Positions 33,905 through 47,179 of a stretch of 64,000 nucleotides of DNA are shown here, piece after piece. Source of the DNA: Chiloscyllium plagiosum (lineage: Eukaryota); assembly GCF_004010195.1 (NCBI RefSeq), contig NC_057720.1, positions 6,562,491 to 6,626,490 of the forward strand, in the 5' to 3' direction. The translations under genes were made by a program, and so were the position numbers. The notes beneath the pieces were generated by a model, which saw only the letters and a program-made list of their open reading frames with translations, did no database searches and was not told the DNA's origin. Positions within the stretch are counted from its first letter, which is position 1, and each line of letters opens with the position of its first letter.

Positions 33905-36900
33905 GAGTCATAGTCATAGAGATGTACAGCATGGAAACAGACCCTTCGGTCCAGCCCGTCCATGCCGACCAGATATCCCAACCCAATTTGGTCCCACCTG
34001 CCAGCACCCGGTCCATATCCCTCCAAACCCTTCCCATTCATATACCCATCAAAATGCCTCTTAAATGTGGATGAACTTCGGATCATTCGGGAGGCATAGG
34101 GGGTTATTGAGAGGAGTTACAGGGAGGTATTCACTCCTAAGGTACAAGAAAAAGGCAAATGGGTTATAGTCAGGGGACGGAAAGGGAACTGGCAGGCAGT
34201 GCAGGGATCCCCTGTGGCCATTCCCCTCAACAATAAGTATACCATTTTGGATAGTATTGGGGGGGGCAACTTACCAGGGGAAAGCAGCGGGGTACAGGGC
34301 TCTGGCACAGAGTCTGTCCCTGCTGCTCAGAAGGGTAGGGAGAAGAGGAGCAGGGCAGTAGTCACTGGGGACTCGATAGTTAGGGGGACAGATAGGAGGT
34401 TCTGTGGGGATGAGAGAGACTCACGGTTGGTGTGTTGCCTCACAGGTGCCAGGGTTCGTGATGTCTCTGATCGTGTTTTGGGGATCCTTAAGGGGGAGGG
34501 GGAGCAGCCCCAAGTCGTGGTCCACATAGGCACCAACGACATAGGTAGGAAGAGAGATGGGGCTTTAAGGCAGAAATTCAGGGAGCTAGGATAGAAGCTT
34601 AGAGTTGGAAGGACAGAGTTGTTGTCTCTGGTTTGTTGCCCGTACCACGTGCTAGTGAGGCAGGGAATAGGGAGAGAGAGGAGTTGAACATGTGGCTACA
34701 GGGATGGTGCAGGAGGGAGGGTTTTGGATTCTTGGATAATTGGAGCTCTTTCTGGGGTAGGTGGGACCTCTACAAGCAGGATGGTCTTCATCTGAACCAG
34801 AGGGGTACCAATATCCTGGGGGGGAAATTTGCTAAGGCTATTGGGGTGGGTTTAAACTAATCCAGCAGGGGGATGGGAACCAAAATTGTAGATCGAGTAT
34901 AGAAAAGATTGAGAGTAGGGAGGTCCGAAATCAAGTTTCAGGGACACAAGATGGCACCAGCAAGCAAGAAGTTGGTTTGAAGTGTGTCTATTTCAACGCC
35001 AGGAGCATCCGGAAAAAGGTGGGTGAACTTGCAGCATGAGTTGGTACCTGGGACTTCGATTTTGTGGCCATTTCGGAGACATGGATAGAGCAGGGACAGG
35101 AATGGTTGTTGCAGGTTCCAGGATTTAGATGTTTCAGTAAGAACAGAGGAGATGATAAAAAACGGGGAGGTGTGGCATTGTTGGTCAAGGACAGTATTAC
35201 AGTTGCAGAAAGGATGTTTGGGGACTCATCAACTGAGGTAGTACGGGCTAAGGTTAGAAACAGGAAAGGAGAGGTCACCCTGTTGTGAGTTTTCTATAGG
35301 CCTCTGAATAGTTCCAAAGATGTAGAGGAAAGGATAGCAAAGATGATTCTTGATAGGAGTGAGAGAGACAGGGTAGTTGTCATGGGGGACTTCAACTTTC
35401 CAAATATTGACTGGGAACACGATAGTATGAGTACTATAGATGGGTCCGTTTTGATCCAGTGTGTGCAGGAGAGCTTCCTGACACAGTATGTAGACAGGCC
35501 AACAAGGGACGAAGCCACATTAGATTTGGTACTGGGTAATGAGCCCGGCCAGGTGTTAGACTTAGAAGTAGGTGAGCACTTTGGTGATAGTGATCACAAT
35601 TCTGTTATGTTTACTTTAGTGATAGAAAGGGATAGGTGTATACCACTGGGCAAGAGGTACAGCTGGGGGAAAGGCAATTATGATGCGATTAGGCAAGATT
35701 TAGGAAGCATAGGATGGAGAAGGAAACTGCAGGGGATGGGCACATTAGAAATGTGGAACTTATTCAAGGAAAAGCTACTGTGTGTCCTAGATATGTATGT
35801 ACCTGTCAGACAGGGAGGAAGCTGTAGAGTGCGGGAGCCATGGTTTACGAAGGAAGTGGAATCTCTGGTCAAGAGGAAGAAGACGGCTTATGTTAGGATG
35901 AGTTGTGAAGGCTCAGTTAGGGCGCTTGAGGGTTACAAGGTAGCCAGGAAAGATCTAAAGAAAGAGCTCCGAAGAGCCAGGAGGAGACATGAGAAGTTGT
36001 TGGCAGATAGGATCAGGGTAAACCCTAAGGCTTTCTATAGCTATTTAAGGAATAAAAGAATGATGAGAGTAAGATTAGGGCCAATCAAGGATAGTCGTGG
36101 GAAATTGTGTGTGGAGTCAGGGGAGTTAGGGGAAGCACTAAATTAATATTTTTCAACAGTATTCACTCTAGAAAATGACAATGTTTTTGAGGAGATTACT
36201 GAGATACAGGCTACTAGACTAGGTGTGATTGAAGTTCACAAGGAAGAGGTATTAGAAATCCTGCAGAGTGTGAAAATAGATAAGTCCCCTGGACCAGATG
36301 GGATTTATCTTAGTATCCTCTGGGAAGCAAGGGAAGAGATTGCCAAGCCTTTGGCATTGATCTTTAAATCGTCATTGTCTACAGGAATAGTGCCAGAGAC
36401 TGGAGGATAGCAAATGTGGTTCCCCTGTTCAAGAAGGGGAGTAGAGACAATCCTAGTAATTATAGACCAGTGAGCCTTACTTCAGTTGTTGGCAAAGTGT
36501 TGGAAAAGGTTATAAGAGATAGGATTTATAATCATCTGGAAAAGAATAATTTGATTAGGGATAGTCAGCACGGTTTTGTGAAGGGTAGGTCGTGTCTCAC
36601 AAATCTTAATGAGTTCTTTGAGAAGGTGACCAAACAGGTAGATGAGAGTAAACCGGTTGATGTGGTGTATATGGATTTCAGCAAGGCGTTCGATAAGGTT
36701 CCCCACAGTAGGCTATTGTACAAAATGCGGAGGAATGGGATTGTGGGAGATATAGCAGTTTGAATCAGTAATTGGCTTGCTGAATAAAGACAGAGGGTTG
36801 TGGTTGATGGGAAATGTTCATCCTGGAGTCCAGTTACCAGTGGTGTACCGCAAGGATCGGTGTTGGGTCCACTGCTGTTCGTCATTTTTATAAACGACCT

Positions 36901-39085
36901 GGATGAGGGCGTAGAAGGGTGGGTTTGTAAATTTGCAAACGACACTCAGGTCGGTGGAGTTGTGGATAGTGACGAAGGATGTTGTAGGTTACAGAGAGAC
37001 ATAGATAAGCTGCAGAGCTGGGCTGAGAGGTGGAAAATGGAGTTTAATGTGGACAAGTGTGAGGTGATTCACTTTGGTCGGAGTAACCGGAATGCAAAGT
37101 ACTGGGCTAATGGTAAGATTCTTGGTGGTGTAGATGAGCAGAGAGATCTCGGTGTCCAGGTACACAGATCCTTGAAAGTTGCCATCCAGGTTGACAGGGT
37201 TGTTAAGAAGGTATACAGTGTTTTAACTTTTATTAATAGAGGGATTGGGTTCCGGATCCATGAGGTTATGCTGCAGCTGTACAAAACTCTGGTGCGGCCG
37301 CACTTGGAATATTGTGTACAGTTCTGGTCACTGCATTATAAGAAGGATGTGGTAACTTTGGAAAGGGTGCAGGGGAGATTTACTAGGATGTTGCCTGGTA
37401 TGGAGGGGAGGTCTTACGAGGAAAGGCTGAGGGACTTGAGGCTGTTTTCATTAGAGAGAAGAAGGTTGAGAGGTGACTTAATAGAGACATATAAGATAAT
37501 CAGAGGGTTAGGTAGGGTAGACAGGGAGAGCCTTTTTCCAAGTATGGGGACAGCGAGCACAGGGGGCATAGCTTTAAATTGAGGGGTGAAAGGTATAGGA
37601 CAGATGTCCGAGGTAGTTTCTTTACTCAGAGAGTAGTAAGGGTATGGAATGCACTGCCTGCAACGGTAGTAGATTCGCCAAGTTTAAGTACGTTTAAGTC
37701 GTCATTGGACAGGCATATGGACGTACATGGAATAGTGTAGGTGGGATGGGCTTCAGATTGGTATGACAGGTCGGTGCAACATTGAGGGCTGCAGGGCCTG
37801 TACTGCGCTGTAATGTTCTCTGTTCTATGTTCTATGTTGTAATTGTACCAGCCTCCACCACTTCCTCTCGCAGCTCATTCCATACACGTATCACCCTCTG
37901 TATAAAAAAGTTGCCCGGTAGGTCTCTTTTATATCTTTCCCCTCTCACTTCAAACCTATACTCTCTAGTTCTAGACTCCCCAACCCCAGGGAAAAGACTT
38001 TGTCTATTTATCCTATCCATGCCCCTCATACTTTTGTAAACTTCTATAAGGTCACCCCTCAGCTTCCAACGCTCCAGGGAAAAAATACCCAGCCTGTTCA
38101 GCTTCTCCCTATAGCTCAAATCCTCCAATCCTGGCAACATCCTTGTAAATCTTTGCTGAACCCTTTCAAGTTTCACTACAACTTTCCGATGGGAAGGAGT
38201 CCAGAATTTCACGCAATATTCCAACAGTGGCCTAACCAATGTCCTATACAGCCACAACATGACCTCCCAATTCCTGTACTCAATACTCTGACCAATAAAG
38301 GAAAGCATACCAAACACCTTCTTCATTATCCTATCTACCTCCGACTCCACTTTCAAGGAGCTATGAACCTGCACTCCAAGGTCTCTTTGTTCAGTCACAG
38401 GCCTCCAGTCTGAAAAACAACCCTCCATAACCACTCTCTGTCTTCTACCTTTGAGCCAGTTCTGTATCCAAATGGCTAGTTGTCCCTGTATTCTGTGAGA
38501 TCTAACCTTGCTAATCAGTCTCCCATGGGGAGCCTTGTCGAATGTCTTACTGAAGTCCATATAAATCACATCTACCATTCTGCCCTCACCAATCCTCTTT
38601 GTTACTTCTTCAAAAAACTCAGTCAAGTTTGTGAGACATGATTTCCCACGCACAAAGCCATGCTGACAATCCCTAATCAATCCTTGCCTTTCCAAATACA
38701 TGTACATCCTGTCCCTCAGGATTCCCTCCAACAACTTGCCCACAACCAACGTCAGGCTCACTGGTCTAGAGTTCCCTGGCTTGTCCTTACCACCCTTCTT
38801 AAATAGTGGCAACACGTTAGCCAACCTCCAGTCTTCCGGCACCTCACCTGTGACTATCGATGATACAAATATCTCAGCAAGAGGCCCAGCAATCACTTCT
38901 CTAGCTTCCGACAGATTTCTCGGGTTCACCTGATCAGGTCCTGGGGATTTATCCACCTTTATGCGTTTCAAGACATCCAGCACTTGCTCCTCTGTAATAT
39001 GGACATTTTTCAAGATGTCACCATCTATTTCCTTACATTCTATACCTTCCATATCCTTTTCCACAGTAAACACTGTTGCAAAATC
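33905..39085 (-). mobile_element. CR1 LINE (RT to 3' tail), split by the 34069-37836 insertion; pieces 33905-34068 and 37837-39085
   Basis: ORF 37832..39124 carries CR1 RT motifs (KSPGPD, DWRLANV.PLFKKG, QHGFVRGKSCLTNL, MDFSKTFDK); the sequence is continuous across the insert (CTCTTAAATGT|TGTAATTGTACCAGCC). Confidence 0.9.
34069..37836 (+). mobile_element. 5'-truncated, near-complete CR1/HER1 LINE: ORF1 (SGNH esterase) + ORF2 (APE endonuclease + RT), inactivated
   Basis: ORF1 VVTGDSIVRG, VHIGTNDIG, DGLHLN; APE ISETW, MGDFNFP, LDLVL, SDH; RT NYRPVSLTS, GVPQGSVLGP, KFAND; several stops and frameshifts; TGTTCTATGTTCTATG tail. Confidence 0.95.
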
Positions 39086-39810
39086 CTGAATTAATTTAGT
39101 CCTATTTGCCAGCATTTGCCCCATATCCCTCTAAACTCTTCCTATTCATATACTCATCCAGATGCCTTTAAGTGCTGTAATTGTACCAGCCTCCACCACT
39201 TCCTCTAGCAGCTCATTTCATGCTCGTATCACCCTCTGTGTGACAAAGTTGCCCCTTACATTCCTTTTAATCTTTCCCCTCTCACCTTAAACCTATGCCC
39301 TCTAGTTTTGGACTCCCTTACCCTGGAGCAAAGATTTTGGCTATTTACCATATCCATGCCCAACCTTCAACACGCCAGGGGAAACTGTCCTAGCCTTTTC
39401 AGCCTCTCCCTGTAGCTCAAACCCTCCACCCTGGCAACATCCTAGTGAATCTTTTCTAAGCCTTTCCAAGCTTAATAACATCCTTCCTATAGCAGAGAGA
39501 CCAGAATTGAATATCGTTTTCCAAAAATGACCTAATCAATATGCTGTACAGCCACAACATGACTCCCTACCTCCTATTCTCAACACACTGACCAATAAAG
39601 GCAAGCATACCAAACGTCTTCTTCACTGTCCTGTCTATCTGCAATTCCAACTTTCAAGGAACTATAACCCTGCACTCCAAGGTCTCACAAGCTCTGAAAG
39701 CTTGTGACTTCAAATAAACCTGGTGGACTATAACCTGGTGTTGTGTAACTTCTGATCCTGTACACCCCAGTCCAACACTGACACCTCCACATCAAGGTCT
39801 CTTTATTTGG
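39085..39810 (-). mobile_element. CR1 3' fragment containing a PLE family 4 pLTR (39687-39792, +)
   Basis: Same CR1 family as 37837-38390; the insert GAAAGCTTGTGACTTCAAATAAACCTG..CACCTCCACAT is flanked by CAAGGTCTC at 39678-39686 and 39793-39801. Confidence 0.8.
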
Positions 39811-40034
39811 TTTATTGCATTGATAGCTAAGTTTTACCCAATGTAAGTCCAGATTTAGCAAATTCTAAATATACGCTGCTCCTGACTTGAGGTGGAGATA
39901 CTTACAGATGGGAAGGGTATTTAGTCCACTTTAATTCATCAACAATACAGGTTTTTTCGCACTGTTTATGGATTATTTTTCTTAAATGGTTCCAAGTTTT
40001 TTCTTCCATCATCCTGCTTACATGGTCATTTGAT

Positions 40035-40760
40035 CTGGATGTTGGTTTGCTCACAGAGCTGGAAGGTTCGTTGTGTCACCATACTAGATAACATCATCAG
40101 TGAGCCTCTGGATGAGGCACTGGTGGTATGGTTTGCTTTCTATTTATGTGTTTAGGTTTCCCTAGGTTGGTGATGTCATTTCCTGAGGTGATAGCATTTC
40201 CTGTTCTTTTTCTCAGGGGATGGTAAATGGGATCCAAGTCAATGTGTTTGTTGATAGAGTTACGGTTGGAATGCCATGCCCCTAGTAATTCTTGTGCATT
40301 TCTCTTTTTGGCTTGTCCTAGGATGGATGTGTTGTCCCAGTCAAAGTGGTGTCCTTCCTCATCTGTACGTAAAGATACGAGTGAGAGTGGGTCATGTCTT
40401 TTTGTGGCTAGTTGATTCTCACGTATCCTGTTGGCTAGTTTTCTGCCTGTTTTACGATGTAGGGTTTGTTACAGTTCATGCAAGGTATTTTGTAAATAAC
40501 ATTAGTTTTGTCTCGTGTCTTTTCCAGGATCTTTCAAGTTCATTAGCTGTTGTTTTATTTTGTTGGTGGGTTTGTGGGTTACCATGATGCCAAAAGATCT
40601 GAGTAGTCTGGCAGTCATTTCTGAGATGTCTTTGATATAGAGGAGGGTGGTTAGGGTTTCTGGGTGTGTTTGGTCTGCTTGTTTGGGTTTGTTGCTGAGA
40701 AATAAGCAGACTGTGTTCTATGGCTACTCCTTCTTTTTGAATACACTGTATAGGTGATTT
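40035..40760 (-). mobile_element. Penelope-like (Poseidon-type) element 3' part: GIY-YIG remnant + pLTR
   Basis: Minus translation TGRKLANRIRENQLATKRHDPLSLVSLRTDEEGHHFDWDNTSILGQAK..LGAWHSNRNSINKHIDLDPIY. Confidence 0.85.
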
Positions 40761-40829
40761 TCTTCTGCTCTTTGTGATCCTACCTGCAAATAAAGGACAC
40801 TTGATGGTCAGTTTAAATCAAAGAGACTG

Positions 40830-41840
40830 CATTGAGAAAGCGAACGCATTGCTGGCAGTTGGTGTCAAGTGGTGTTCCATAAGGCTTAGTGTTGGAACCA
40901 CAACTTTTCACTTTTTGCATTAACGATCTAGATGAAGGAACTGAGAGCATTCTGGCTAAGTTTGCAGATGATACAAAGATAGCTAGAGGGACAGGTAGCA
41001 TTGAAGAGACGGGGAGGCTGCAGAAGGATTTCGACAGGTTAGGAGAGTGGGCAAAGAAGTGGCAGATGGAGTACAATGTGGGAAAGTGTGATGCACTTTG
41101 GTTGGAAGAATAGAGGCATGGACTATTTTCTAAATGGGGAGAAAATTCAGAAGTCTGAAGTGCAAAGGGATTGGGAATTCTAGTCCAGGATTCTCTCAAG
41201 GTAAACTTGCAGGTTGAGTCAGTAGTTAGGAAGGCAAATGCAATGATGACAATTATTTTGAGAATACTCGTATATAAAAGCAGGGATATACTACTGAGGC
41301 TCTATAAGGCTTTGGTCAGACCACTTTTGGAGTATTGTGCGTAGTTTTGGGCCCTATATCTCAGGAAGGATGTACTGGTCCAGGAGCGTGTTCAGAGGAG
41401 ATTCACAAGGATGGTCCCAGGAATGAAAAGCTTAACATAGGAGGAACGTTTGAGGACTCTGGGTTTATACTTGATGGAGTTTAGAAGGGGGTATCTAAAT
41501 TGAAACATGCAGAATACTGAATGACCTGGACAGAGAAGATGTTGGGAAGATGTTTACATTGGTAGGAGAGACTAGAACCCAAGGCCGTAGCCTTAAAATA
41601 AAGGGAAGACCTTTTAGAATGGAGATAAGGAGAAACTTCTTCAGCCAGGGAGTGGGGAATCTATGGAATTCCTTGTTATTGAATGTATTTAAGACTGAGA
41701 TAGATAGGTTCTTAAGTATCAAGGGGATCAAGGGTTATGGGGGAAAGCTGAACAATGGGGTTGAGAAACTTATCAGTCATGATTGAATGGTGGAGCAGAC
41801 TCGATGGGCTGAATGGCCTTCTTTCTGGCCCTATGTCTTA
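40830..41840 (+). mobile_element. CR1 LINE fragment (RT core to 3' end)
   Basis: INDLDEGTESILAKFADDTK, WQMEYNVGKC, RRNFFSQGVGNLWNSL. Confidence 0.9.
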
Positions 41841-42154
41841 TAGTAAGCCTGGATCATCATCCACGCTCACTAACCCATATTGTGTTTAAAATTAACATGT
41901 CGTTCTCACATCCTTCCACAGTCTCAGCCTCTCTAACGTTGTCATCTCCTCTTGCTTTCCAGATCCCCCACTGATTATTATATTCCTTCAATTCTAGCGT
42001 CTTGATTTATTTTAATTTCAATTGCTCCATCCCTGGTGGTCGTTGTTGTCAATGTATTTAAAGACAAACATGGAGCTGTTCATTGAACTATGTACAAGGA
42101 ATATACAGAAACAGGGGAGCTTTCTGGCTGACTAACATCACTATGCCCATTCTG

Positions 42155-43005
42155 TAGAATCATAAAGTCACACAGCATGGAAACAGACCGTTTGGTCAAA
42201 CCAGTCCATGCCAAATATAATCCCAAACTAAACTAGTCCTACTTGCCTGCTCCTGGCCTATATCCGTCCAAGGAGAAAGTGAGGACTGTAGATGCTGGAG
42301 ATCAGAGCTGAAAATGTGTTGCTGGAAAAGCGCAGCAGGTCAGGCAGCATCCAAGGAACAGGAGAATCGACGTTTCGGGCATAAGCCCTTCCATCTGTCC
42401 AAACCTCACTTATTCATGTATCCATCCAAATGTCTTTTAAATGTTGCAATTGCTTCATCAGGAAGTTCATTCAACCTGCAAACCAATCTGTGTATAAAAA
42501 TATTGTTTCTCATGTCAGGGAATCATAGAATCCCTACAGTGTGGAAACAGGCCATTCGGCCCAACAAGTCCACACTAACCCTCCACCGACCCAAGACCCA
42601 ATGCACCTAACCTGCACACTATAGACAATTTAGCATGGCCAATTCACCCAACCTGCACACCTTTGGACTGTAGGAGGAAACCCACACAGACACAGGGAGA
42701 ATGTGCAAACTCCACACAGACAGTTCCCAGAGGCTGGAATGAAACCTGGGTCCCTGGTGCTGTGAGGCAGCAGTGCTAACCACTGAGCCACCATGCCCTC
42801 TCCATGTTCTGTCTAAATCTCTCTCCTCTCATGTTAAAAGGTGCCCTCTCAACTTGAAATCCCCCACACTAGGGAAAAGACAGCCACCATTAACTCTATC
42901 TGTACCCCTCGTTATTTTATAAACATCTAAAGGTCACCTCTCAACCTCATCAGCTCCAGTGAAAAAAAGTCCCAGACTATTCAGCCTTTCTTTATAACTC
43001 AAGTC
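42155..43005 (-). mobile_element. CR1 3' end with nested PLE pLTR (42272-42391) and HE1 SINE (42520-42797)
   Basis: CR1 tail on the minus strand, continuous across both inserts; pLTR and V-domain texts recognisable. Confidence 0.8.
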
Positions 43006-43139
43006 TATGCTGTGTCACATGACCTGACTTCATTTCTAGTGATATCAGCAGTTATCCTATTGATAGCTGTTGCTTATTGTATTGCCAAGGTTCTATGCTC
43101 TGTCAATGCAGTGAAGTCATTAATACTGGGGAAAGGGTT

Positions 43140-43335
43140 AAAGTCACCATAGTCCTACAGGACCTTGGGGCTGTTCTCTCATTAGGGAGAAATGACTGGT
43201 GGTGGTTTAACCTGAGGGTCACCACATCTCAGGTAAGGGGAGAAGTTGGGAAGGAACATTATCCTTCAGGGTAACCTCATGCTGCTGGTATCATGTTGCA
43301 TTGCAAACCAGCAGTCCTGCCAACTGAGCTAACCT
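43140..43335 (-). mobile_element. tRNA-derived SINE (family C)
   Basis: Reverse complement begins GGTTAGCTCAGTTGG (tRNA A-box); second copy at 5430-5633. Confidence 0.7.
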
Positions 43336-43349
43336 GCTCTGAACAAAAT

Positions 43350-43870
43350 TAGAGATACAAGGGATTTGTGAAAGGCAGAAATTCAGAAGCATTGCAGGAG
43401 CTGAGGGTGGCTACAGAGATAAGGAAGTGTTGTTGAGCTGGAAGAGGTTAAATGATAAGGATGGGGCGGGTATGGTTCCTGAGGTAGAGAAGAGATAGGG
43501 AAGGTGTTTTAGGACTGGAAATTATCGCAGAGATAGGGAAGGCTTGTGGGGTGGGACAAAGTTCTGGACATAGTGAGGGCTTATATCAAGAGGAGGTTGC
43601 AGGAACAGGGAGAAGTGTAGGGCTGAGATATGGAGATAAGGATGCAAAGTTAAGGTGCATTTCAGGCCTGGAGTTTACAGAGATAGGAAGTGCTCCAGGG
43701 TTAGAGGACTTTCCAGAGATAGAGAGGGTTGGAGGGATTGAAGTTGCAGAGCTAGGAAGAGTGTGAGGCTGGACAAAGTTACAGAGATCAAGAGGGCTGT
43801 AGTGTTTGAGAGATGGAGAGGGGCTGGAGGTTACAAAAGTACCAAGGAGGGTAGGGGCTGCAGGATGATT
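43350..43870 (+). repeat. Degenerate purine-rich minisatellite (~35 bp)
   Basis: Recurring (TTA)CAGAGATAGG(G)AAG.GTGT.GGGGCTGGA motif. Confidence 0.65.
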
Positions 43871-43924
43871 CAGATGTTCCAGGATCCAACTGGAGCAGGG
43901 AAACACAGAGTCCACCATCTCCAA

Positions 43925-44340
43925 ATAAAGGACTACACATGTAAGGCAAAAATACAGAGGAATTTCCTCTCAGAAGGTAGTGAATCTTTGAAATTCATGT
44001 CTGCAAAGGGCTGTGGAGGCTTGGACGTTAAGTATATTCAAGGCTGCAACAGATTTTTAATCAGTAAGGGAATCAAGAATTATGGAGGAAGTGCAGAAAA
44101 GGAGTTTTGAAGATCATTGGATCAGCCATTGAATGATGTCATTGAATGGTGGAATAGATTCGATGAGCTTAATAGCTTAATTCTGATGAAGGGCATTTGC
44201 CTGAAACATCGATTGTCCTTCTCCTCGGATGCTGCCTGACCTGCTGTGCTTTTCCAGCACCACTCTCTCGACTCTAATCTCCAGCATCTGCAGTCCTCAC
44301 TTTCGCCCACTTCTGTTTTTATGCCAAATGGTCTTATGGT
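43925..44340 (+). mobile_element. CR1 3' end with a PLE pLTR (44180-44305, hammerhead core at 44183)
   Basis: CR1 3' UTR text; CTGATGA-A-GGGC-ATTT-GCCT-GAAA-CATC. Confidence 0.72.
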
Positions 44341-44934
44341 TGGAGTAAGCACAACTGAACTCCACAAGCACACGTCCTCAATGAGAGAGAGACTTTAGAG
44401 CGAGCTATGCCATTATGCACAGCACGTTACCATGGTTAAGGAACAACAGGGAGGTCTTTATGCATTATTTTATTTTAAATTGTTGTCAAATGCCTAAAGG
44501 ACACGTCATAAGAGGAAATCCTGTAAACCAAAGTTGATATTGGTGCAGACAATTCACAATTGTCAGTGAGTCATTTTGGCCTTGGAATTGGATTGTGTGA
44601 GTATTAGCATATAAAATTAAATCCTTTAGTCCATTATTCTAACAGGAGCAATGACCTGTTGAAATGCATTTTAATGTCTCGAACGGCAGATAAAAGAATT
44701 TCATTTTAAACTGTTGGAGCATTTATGCATTAATATTTTCACAGTGTACTTTTAAGGCCATGATTTCCTCAATGCATCTGAAAGGTTAAGAATAGCATTG
44801 TTCAACTGCAGGATTTCAGCATCCGGGTACCTTGACCAGCTTTTTAGTTGCTAATCCTATTTTCCTACTTCACGTTCTGAAAGGCATTGTGAAAATCCAT
44901 ATACATTCTCTTTTACCTTATCGAGTCACTTCAG

Positions 44935-45875
44935 AATCTGCTTCATCAACGACCTTCCCTCCACCATAAGATCAGAACTGGGAATGTTTGCTGTTGCTTG
45001 CACAATATTCAGCACCATTTGCAACTTCTCAGATACTGAAGCAGTCAATGTTCAAATGCAACACGATTTATTTAATATCCAGGCTTGGGCTGACAAGTGG
45101 CAAGTAATATTCACACCACACTAATGCCAGGCCAAGACCATCACTAATAAGTGGCAATCTAACCACTGCCCCATGATGTTTATTGGAGTTACCATCACTG
45201 AATCCCCCACTATCAACTTCCTGGGACTTATCATTGATCAGAAACTCAACTGGACTCACCACATTAACACAGTGGTGACATGAGCAGGTCCGAGGCTAGG
45301 GATGCTGCGGTGAATAACTCAACTCTTGACTTCCCAAAGCCTATCCACCATCTACAAGGTACAAGTCAGGAGTGTGATGGAATACTCCTGGATGGGGGCA
45401 GTTCCAACAACACACAGGGAGCTTGACACCATCCAGGACAAAGCAGCCCCCGATTGGCACCACATTCACTAGCATCCACTCCCTCTACCACCGACGCTCA
45501 GTAGCAGCAGGGTGTACCACCTACAAGATGCACTGCAAAAATTCACCAAAGGTCCTTAGACAGCACCTTCCAAATCCGTGACCACTTCCATCTAGGAGGA
45601 CAAGGGGAACAGACACATGGGAACACCACCACCTTCAAGTTTCACTCCAAGCCCCTCACACATCCTAACCTGGAAATATATTGCCGTTCCTTCAGTGTTA
45701 CTTGATCAAAATCCTGGAATTCCCTCCCTCAGGGCATTGTGGGTCAACCCACAGCAGGTGGACTGCAGCGGTTCAAGAAGGCAACTCACCCCCACCTTCT
45801 CAAGAGCCAACTAGGGATGGGCAATAAATGCTGGGCCCAGCCAGCAATGCCCACATCGCACATAATAAATAAATT
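44935..45875 (+). mobile_element. CR1/L2-group LINE (second family), RT C-terminus to 3' end
   Basis: FINDLPSTIRSELGMFA(VA)CTIF (degenerate FADD), WADKWQV, YKVQVRSVMEYS; 3' tail GGGCAATAAATGCTGG..CCCACATC..AATAAA. Confidence 0.8.
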
Positions 45876-46509
45876 TTAAAATATCAGAAAGTCAATAACT
45901 GGATCACCTCTCAATCTACTCTTTTCCAGTGTGAATGTACCTAATTCACATATTCACTCTCCATAATGCAATCATTTTATCATTTTTATGTAAAAGAACC
46001 AACTGTTTGCCCTATTTTTGCAATAAATATCATATCATTTTATATTGTTGCCAACAGAACAGTAGTCAGTATTCAAAGTGTGGTTCCACTGATGATTTAT
46101 AAAGTGGCAGGATTAACCTTATTATTTCTGTTCAATTTGAAACTTTTATTATATTCCTCATGTCTGCTTTAGTTATTCATTGCCGCTGAGTATTGTTGCA
46201 ATAACTACAACTTACAGAGGATCAGGAGCTTTCAATCTTGTTAATTCTCTATTTCCAACCAAACTGTTGTCCTTTCCTGGTTATGATTCCATTTTAATGA
46301 AAACTGAGTTTAGCTACAAGGTTAAAGCTAAGTATTGGTCACAGGACATCAAGTTACAACTTCCCTGCAATAGTTTCAATGGGAAGGCCGCACCTCTGGC
46401 AGTGCAGCATTGCTTCAGTAATCCAAGAAATGTTGAAAATGCTTGGACCTGGTGGGCAAGTCCAGTTGAAGGTCTAGCAAGAGATCTGTTACTGGCTCCT
46501 TTTGGCTTT

Positions 46510-47140
46510 AACTCACTTATGAGATGTGGGCATCATTGGCCAGGCCAGTATTCATTGCCAATCCCTAGTTGCCCAGAGAGCAGATAAGAGTCAACCACAT
46601 TGCTGTGGGTCTGGTCCACATGTATGCCAGACCAGGTAAGATTAGATTAGATTCCCTACAATGCGGAAACAGGCCCTTCAGTGCAACAAGTCCACACCGA
46701 CCCTCTGAAGAGTAACCCACCCAGACCCATTTCCCTCTGACTAATGCACCTAACACTATGGGCAATTTAGCATGACCACTTCACCTGACCTACACATCTT
46801 TGGACTGTGGGAGGAAACAGGAGCACCTGGAGGAAACCTACACAGACACGGGGAGAATGTGCAAACACAGACAGTTGCCCAAAGCTAGAATCGAACCCAG
46901 GTCACTGGCGCTGTGAGGCAGCAGTGCTAACCACTGAGCCACCATGTCACCCCATAAGGCTGGCAGCTGCCTTCCCTAAAGGATATTATGAACCAGGTGG
47001 GTTTTCCAGACAATTGATGACATCCAGATTATTATCAAATTCAAATTCGACCATATGCCATTGCAAGATTCGTACCTGGGCCCCCAAAGCATTACCTGGG
47101 TCTCTAGGTTAACAACCCAATGTTAATGCCAATAAGCTAT
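46510..47140 (-). mobile_element. Family B SINE interrupted by a full-length HE1 SINE (46641-46952, minus)
   Basis: Family B text continues across the HE1 (ACCAGGTAAG | GCTGGCAG..CCTTCCCTAAAGG). Confidence 0.82.
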
Positions 47141-47179
47141 TGTCTATCTTCAGGAATGGCTTAAATTCATAAAGTGTTT

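Noticed and set aside
34069..37836. Active or domesticated CR1 gene
   Set aside because: Multiple stops and frameshifts in both ORFs, FADD mutated to FAND, and a truncated 5' end.
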